Source of the DNA: Nitrospirota bacterium
GTDB taxonomy: Bacteria > Nitrospirota > UBA9217
Length of the DNA: 64,000 nucleotides
Assembly (NCBI GenBank): GCA_963737155.1
Contig: CAVTRN010000002.1
Coordinates: 896,001 to 960,000, forward strand
Reading direction: 5' to 3'
Shown: one piece after another, positions 58,995 through 64,000 of the stretch
Position numbering within the stretch: the first letter of the stretch is position 1
Layout of the letters: every line of letters starts with the position of its first letter
Notes under the pieces: model-generated
Database searches by the model: none
Told to the model about the DNA's origin: nothing
The model's input: the letters and a program-made list of their open reading frames with translations, nothing else
Made by a program: the position numbers and the translations under genes

Positions 58995-60761
58995 TCAGGA
59001 GCTGGAACTCTTTCTCCGTTTTCTCACGATCCAGAAGAGGATGGTGCTTCCCATAACCAGCGTTACTATGGCCTCTTTGAGCGCTGCCGAAGTTCTCACC
59101 GTGAAGGCGGCTCCGGCCACGACAGGCATCAGCAAGGCTCGCACAGCGGGCTTGAATGCCGGATGAGCGTTTAGGTAAGTCGCGGCATAAGGCCCGTAAT
59201 GATAATACCATGCGACCAGCAGTCTGCCAGGTACTGAAGTCAGGAGATAGCGGTCACGGAAAGAGCGCAGGATCAGAACTTCTGGCGCCGTGTACGATCC
59301 GTATGCGGCCGTTGCGATAAAACAGCTGCCGCTCGTATTCGGCAGGCCCGGATAGGAAAGGGCCTTGTCGGGATAATTGATTTCAATGTTCGACTCACCG
59401 CTTTCAAGCGGCTGGCCGAGCGTGGCGGACACTTCAGGGGAATACGCGCTTACATGCGTGGGATCAAAAGTGCTGTCATAGACCTGAACAACCATATAAT
59501 AAGTTGCTTTGGCATAAGCCGTCACCGCGATGCGGTAGGGCTGGCCGTTCGTAAGGCCGGTAAGCGTGTAGGTCGTGGCATTGCCGACATCGATGGTGTT
59601 CTCTCCGGGTGATGTTATCCCATAATGGACCTTGTATCCCAACGCGCCCGTGGACGCCGACCACGTCAAAAGAAGCGCCGAGTTTAGTGGTGTTGGTTGA
59701 TTAAGGACTGGACTTGGCGGGACCAGGGACGCGGGGTTCAAGTCCTCCAGCGTATAGGTACTGTAAGGCCCTGCGTCAATGGGGGACGGAGCCGTTCCGC
59801 TATTCGCATCCGTGCCGTTATAGTTGCCCGAGGAGTAGCCGTAGTAAACATAATAGCCGCCCGATGATATGTCGTTCGTCACAAGATAGCTGAGGTTCGG
59901 ATCCCAAGTGAGGGTGATCGAGGAGGCCGTGATTGATGTGACGGACAGTCCCATGACGGGAAAGGGATAGATGTCCTCAGCGGGCCCGCCATATGCGCCG
60001 ATATCATCCGGCGCTCCGTCGATGAGGTTGGCCCCGAGCGCTGGATCGCCTGCGTTGATACAGGGAGACCCTTCCTCGACGTGAAAGTCAAAATCGGGTG
60101 GATTCGCGAAGAGTGGATCCCCCATGACTGGGAATGTGCCTGTGGGGCCGTTGATGGAATTTTCGTAGAAGAGGTTGTAGGTGATTAGCGTTGCATTCGC
60201 AGGGATGCCGGCAAGCGCAGTCCCGTTGTTCGCGAAGATGTTACTGTCGATTGTAATGTTCGCATCGGCGCTTACGGCCGTCCCGTTGTTGTAAAAGGTA
60301 TTGTTAACCACCTTGGTGGTGGGAGATTGCTGGATCTGGATTGCCGTTCCGCTGGTCCCGACTGCAAACACGTTATTCATTATTTCGAGGGTGGAGGAGT
60401 TGCTGGAAACGAGGATTCCGGTTGTGGCATTGATGAAGGTGAAGTTGCTGATCGACGTCTCGACCGAACCACTGGCTGTGACGATGGGGCCGGAGCCATT
60501 GTTCATGCTCAGAAAGGTCCGGGCGGTTTCCTGGCCATGGACGGTAACGTCATTCGTAAGTGTTATGGCTCCCACATAAGTCCCCGGCAAAACCAGGATA
60601 TCATCGCCGGGGCTTGCTGCTGTTATTGCCGCCTGGATCGTCGGGTAATCAGTCGGGACGGTGATCTCGGCCGCTCCGGCGCCGAAGGGCGAGACCAGAA
60701 GGAAAAAAGTAAAAACAGCCGATGCCAGCGTGATTATATGATTGAGACGGGATTGTTGCAT
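58995..60761 (-). CDS. CFI-box-CTERM surface protein with beta-helix and FN3-like domains
   Basis: VPTDYPTIQAAI beta-helix start; GYKVHYG...YTLTGLTNG FN3; CFIATAAYGS...LRSFRDRYL...YY.YGP plus TM and basic tail. Confidence 0.85.
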   Translation of the reverse strand: MQQSRLNHIITLASAVFTFFLLVSPFGAGAAEITVPTDYPTIQAAITAASPGDDILVLPGTYVGAITLTNDVTVHGQETARTFLSMNNGSGPIVTASGSVETSISNFTFINATTGILVSSNSSTLEIMNNVFAVGTSGTAIQIQQSPTTKVVNNTFYNNGTAVSADANITIDSNIFANNGTALAGIPANATLITYNLFYENSINGPTGTFPVMGDPLFANPPDFDFHVEEGSPCINAGDPALGANLIDGAPDDIGAYGGPAEDIYPFPVMGLSVTSITASSITLTWDPNLSYLVTNDISSGGYYVYYGYSSGNYNGTDANSGTAPSPIDAGPYSTYTLEDLNPASLVPPSPVLNQPTPLNSALLLTWSASTGALGYKVHYGITSPGENTIDVGNATTYTLTGLTNGQPYRIAVTAYAKATYYMVVQVYDSTFDPTHVSAYSPEVSATLGQPLESGESNIEINYPDKALSYPGLPNTSGSCFIATAAYGSYTAPEVLILRSFRDRYLLTSVPGRLLVAWYYHYGPYAATYLNAHPAFKPAVRALLMPVVAGAAFTVRTSAALKEAIVTLVMGSTILFWIVRKRRKSSSS

Positions 60762-60934
60762 TGATTGTCCTCTTTTACATAATTTACCGACTAATCCGGT
60801 CAAATTTCAATTCACACGTTCCTGCTGTCTGTTTGGCCTGTCACGCTTGTGCAGGGAACGACTGCTTATGCGGGGAGCGCCGGACGCCTGCCTGCGCGCG
60901 AGAGATATGGCTGTACTGGCCTGTCTTATCCGGC

Positions 60935-61354
60935 TCAGCGGATAATCGATATCCCCGGCAATGTCTTGTGACAACTGTAGCAGAAAGTTTTTCCATTGGA
61001 CCTTCTGAGATAATAAAGTTTTTCACCATTCTCAGCCCGATACTCTCCATGAAAGGCATGACAGGTGATGCATACGATTCTGCCCTGATCGTCCAGAGGC
61101 ATGTCAGAAGGGATGATCATGGAGGGTGCCACGTTCACCGGATGCGAAAACACTTTTGCGGTCCCGTGACTCCCCTGGTGGCATGCTACGCATGAGTTAT
61201 TCACCTCGCTTCGAAGGTCCGGTTTGCCCTTGAACGGGAGGTGCCTGTGGCATTCGATACAGGGCGTATTCAACAAATCGTTGTGCGCGTCGTTCTGGTT
61301 GTTCTGTGAAGAGGCGGTGAGTACGGCGGCCAATATGATGGCGGAGATGATCAT
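60935..61354 (-). CDS. Small tetraheme c cytochrome
   Basis: CIECH, CVACH, CITCH, CYSCH. Confidence 0.88.
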   Translation of the reverse strand: MIISAIILAAVLTASSQNNQNDAHNDLLNTPCIECHRHLPFKGKPDLRSEVNNSCVACHQGSHGTAKVFSHPVNVAPSMIIPSDMPLDDQGRIVCITCHAFHGEYRAENGEKLYYLRRSNGKTFCYSCHKTLPGISIIR

Positions 61355-61932
61355 AATTTAAAAGCCTGGATCTGGTCTTCCATGGATTTGATTATCCGTC
61401 TCATGTTTTGGCGTGCGGCCGAAGATTCTGGGGTGGCTGGCGGGTTTCTCAATGGTTCGGTAGCCTTGACCAGCTCCTCGGCGTGGTCTTTTAAACCCTT
61501 GAACCGGCTGTTGAATTCCTCGGCCATTATGTTGATATTTCCTGCAAACTCCCGGAACTCATCGTTTTCCCTCAGAATGACGCGGGAACCAAGATCGCCG
61601 TCTGCGATCTTATGAAGGTCCACGCTAATATGATGGAGCGACCCTTCTATTTTCCGGTACATGGCCTGGAACACCAAAAGGAACAGAAGACTGACGGTAA
61701 TCGCTGCGACAATGCAGGCGACAAATGCCACCGGGGAAAGCAGCGCGCCGACGTCTGTGTGGGGCAGACTCATGGAAAAAAGAATGCTGTTGATCTTTTT
61801 CTTGGCCAGATAAATGAACAGGGTGACTGCGATGACATTTGCGAGTAATGATGCAACGAAAAAGGGGATAATATATCTTGTCTGAAAGCTCTTCAGGACG
61901 AAATAGTTTCTTCTTCGGAATTTTTCCCCCAC
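61351..61932 (-). CDS. Two-TM plus HAMP plus coiled-coil protein without output domain
   Basis: RRRNYFVLKSFQ, two TMs, IADGDL...LRENDEFREFA..IN.M. Confidence 0.75.
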   Translation of the reverse strand: MGEKFRRRNYFVLKSFQTRYIIPFFVASLLANVIAVTLFIYLAKKKINSILFSMSLPHTDVGALLSPVAFVACIVAAITVSLLFLLVFQAMYRKIEGSLHHISVDLHKIADGDLGSRVILRENDEFREFAGNINIMAEEFNSRFKGLKDHAEELVKATEPLRNPPATPESSAARQNMRRIIKSMEDQIQAFKL

Positions 61933-62000
61933 AGATACCCCCCTTTTGCGGCGAAACCGGCACCGTAAATATAATCGTTACAGACAGCTCAAATCACCCA

Positions 62001-62828
62001 TCACACAATATGGCATGCGAAGCACAGCTTGCTGTTCTCATCGCTCATAACCAGCTGTTGGGGAATCGTCGAGTAAGGGTCGTGACAGGACCCGCAGCCG
62101 ATTTTGCCGTTGAAGAACTTTATCCTTGGGTCAACGATGTCCATGGGCCTCAGATCCGTTTTAGCTCCCCTATTGATTCGTACTGATTCATAGTCTATAC
62201 CGATCGGATGACTGTTCTGGTCATGCCGCATAAATCCCATTTGATGTTTCCACGTACCAACCCGGATTGTTACCGAAGTGGCGTATGTCCCGTCATGGCA
62301 TGATATGCAATTTCTGGACATGGCGTCAATTTCCTGGCTTGAATCGGTCACGACATATTGAGACCGGAAATGCGCCTCACCCAGCGATGCGCTGTGTCCA
62401 CTGCTCAACGCGTTTAAATTCCCGTGGCAGATCTTGCAGAACGCCTCCCCGCTTTCCCCTCGTCTGAGGAAGTGAGTAGGGGCTCCATACGGAGTGGTAT
62501 AATCGGCATGGACGTCATGGCAGGTGCTGCACGTTAATTCACCGGACGGGGAGAGCGGCATGTCTGCCGGGATGAAGACGCGCTGAGGCTTGACATCGTA
62601 GGGATGCATGTAGCCCTCGGACAGCCCCTTCTCGTGGCACTTGTTGCAGATTTCGGTTATCGGCGCGTTCATCTCCCGAGCTTCCGCCCCTGATTTTGCG
62701 GGGTTCGGCTGGATATGACACGATGAGCATTGTGTAAAGGCGTGAGGCTGGTTTTCGTTGCTGATGACAAGCAGGGTCAGGAGAAGGAAACCAATAAAAA
62801 TAAGGGCAATCACGCTTTTTTTCCTCAT
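62001..62828 (-). CDS. Heptaheme c cytochrome with N-terminal TM/signal
   Basis: CSSCH, CNKCH, CSTCH, CKICH, CISCH, CGSCH, CFACH. Confidence 0.9.
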   Translation of the reverse strand: MRKKSVIALIFIGFLLLTLLVISNENQPHAFTQCSSCHIQPNPAKSGAEAREMNAPITEICNKCHEKGLSEGYMHPYDVKPQRVFIPADMPLSPSGELTCSTCHDVHADYTTPYGAPTHFLRRGESGEAFCKICHGNLNALSSGHSASLGEAHFRSQYVVTDSSQEIDAMSRNCISCHDGTYATSVTIRVGTWKHQMGFMRHDQNSHPIGIDYESVRINRGAKTDLRPMDIVDPRIKFFNGKIGCGSCHDPYSTIPQQLVMSDENSKLCFACHIV

Positions 62829-63385
62829 ATCTTGATCTGATTGAGCAATGCCCTGATCTCATCTATTCTTTTAAAAATTTTCCCTGTCGCTGCTTTATTT
62901 TCGCTCAGGGGGGGCTGCTTTTCCAGATCGTCCAAAATGGCCGCAAGCTCCCGGGTTTTCGTTTCCAGCTGCACGAGTACGCCGCGATAGCGGCCTGAAA
63001 GATTGTTGAACTCGTCCGCAAGATCATGAAGAACATCATGGGTCCTGAGACGGACTGTGCCGGCGAGGTCCCCTTCAGCAATTTTTTTGGTAATCAAGCC
63101 CAGCTTGTAAATTGGGCCGGCCACGCGGTGGGAGTATATGACCGATATGATGATCGCCCCAACGGCGCTTACCAGCAGGGTGAAGGCAAATACCATGAGG
63201 ACCCGCGTTACGAGTCCCTCGTTCAATTCGGCCAGGAGTTTATAGCTTTCTGCGTAGGTCGTCCCGCCATGCTTCTGGAATGCAAGATAGAATCCGCATG
63301 CAATCAAGATCGCTACGCCGGCAAGGAGGACCAAGATGGTACGAACTACGTTTTTCACATACGATTCAGGCAGCGCACGTTGCAT
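62825..63385 (-). CDS. Two-TM plus HAMP plus coiled-coil protein without output domain
   Basis: SHRVAGPIYKL, IAEGDL...LRTHDVLHDLADEFN. Confidence 0.75.
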   Translation of the reverse strand: MQRALPESYVKNVVRTILVLLAGVAILIACGFYLAFQKHGGTTYAESYKLLAELNEGLVTRVLMVFAFTLLVSAVGAIIISVIYSHRVAGPIYKLGLITKKIAEGDLAGTVRLRTHDVLHDLADEFNNLSGRYRGVLVQLETKTRELAAILDDLEKQPPLSENKAATGKIFKRIDEIRALLNQIKI

Positions 63386-63450
63386 TTGTTAAGTAACCCT
63401 CATTGTTATGTTGCGTCCGTTGAACGACAGGTTATTCCGCGCTACAGCGG

Positions 63451-64000
63451 TCATTTCCCCCCTGCTGCCGGAGCTGGCGATGTTTCCTTGGGCCAGACGT
63501 TTGCAGCCTTTTTACGGTCATAGGAGAATTTCTGATGGCAACCCGGCGCGCAGCTGCCGCCGTTCTCGGTTTTTTTGAAATTCAAGGGGAGATGCCACTT
63601 TCCGAAGACTACGTAGTTCTGGATCAGTCTAGGGTTCTCGCCGGCATGTACAGCATGACAGACCCGGCATGCTTTGCCGCGGTCTTGCCTGTTGACGTGA
63701 AGGTAATGTAGATTTCTATCCCCATCGCGGAACCCTGTTGCAAACTGGGTTGTGGGAAACCTGAGCAGATCGCGGTTGTGACAGCTGAAGCAAAGCGGGA
63801 AATCAGTGTCGTTATAGGAAACATAGAAATCGGTCGAGTAGGGTTTTATCAGGAGCTTGTCATTCGGCGTGCCATGGGGGTTGTGGCAGGCAGTGCACTT
63901 CCCTTCCTTGATCGGGCCGTGGAGCACAGTATCAGTCTTCGCGATGAGATCCTTGTGGCAGCCGAGGCAGAGGTCTTTAATGGATTTCGGCAGGAGCTTG
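63451..64000 (-). CDS. Multiheme c cytochrome (5' end outside window)
   Basis: Frame open to window edge: CLGCH, CTACH, CFSCH, CRVCH, CAPGCH. Confidence 0.88.
   Translation of the reverse strand, partial: KLLPKSIKDLCLGCHKDLIAKTDTVLHGPIKEGKCTACHNPHGTPNDKLLIKPYSTDFYVSYNDTDFPLCFSCHNRDLLRFPTTQFATGFRDGDRNLHYLHVNRQDRGKACRVCHAVHAGENPRLIQNYVVFGKWHLPLNFKKTENGGSCAPGCHQKFSYDRKKAANVWPKETSPAPAAGGK

Noticed and set aside
42387-63824. Numerous 60-190 aa antisense and alternate-frame ORFs in the track
   Set aside because: Shadows of well-supported genes in GC-richer sequence

Overview
Bacterial chromosomal window with three parts. Gene content (Geobacter-type multiheme cytochromes, sigma-54 regulation) suggests an anaerobic Nitrospirota- or Desulfobacterota-like organism; this is an inference. 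(1) 1-27.5 kb: a mosaic, mostly minus-strand surface-glycan locus with GT2s, GT-C-like membrane proteins, SAM methyltransferases, an epimerase and Wzm/Wzt. It includes a 1589-aa kinase-like/coiled-coil/WbsX/GT4/GT2 enzyme with a 6x42-bp repeat, several pseudogene scars and a divergent TMTC-like protein. (2) 27.8-42 kb: a tetraheme cytochrome, a complete IS110/IS1111-type element whose bridge/seek RNA guides can be read against its own target and donor junctions, a toxin-antitoxin pair and PAP2. It also holds a heme-c sensor kinase and sigma-54 activator split by an IscB/omegaRNA element, two REC-PilZ proteins and a lipoprotein. (3) 42-64 kb: an extracellular electron transfer island with an OmcE-like nanowire cytochrome, a dodecaheme carrying an OmcE-like N-terminal module, a porin, NHL propellers, two parvulin-less SurA-like chaperones, a 1091-aa Cys-rich octaheme, a CFI-box-CTERM protein with its beta-barrel, and HAMP-only proteins. 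About 50 heme-c motifs were counted in the window. No rRNA, tRNA or CRISPR array was seen. All assignments are by eye from motifs; no database search was run.
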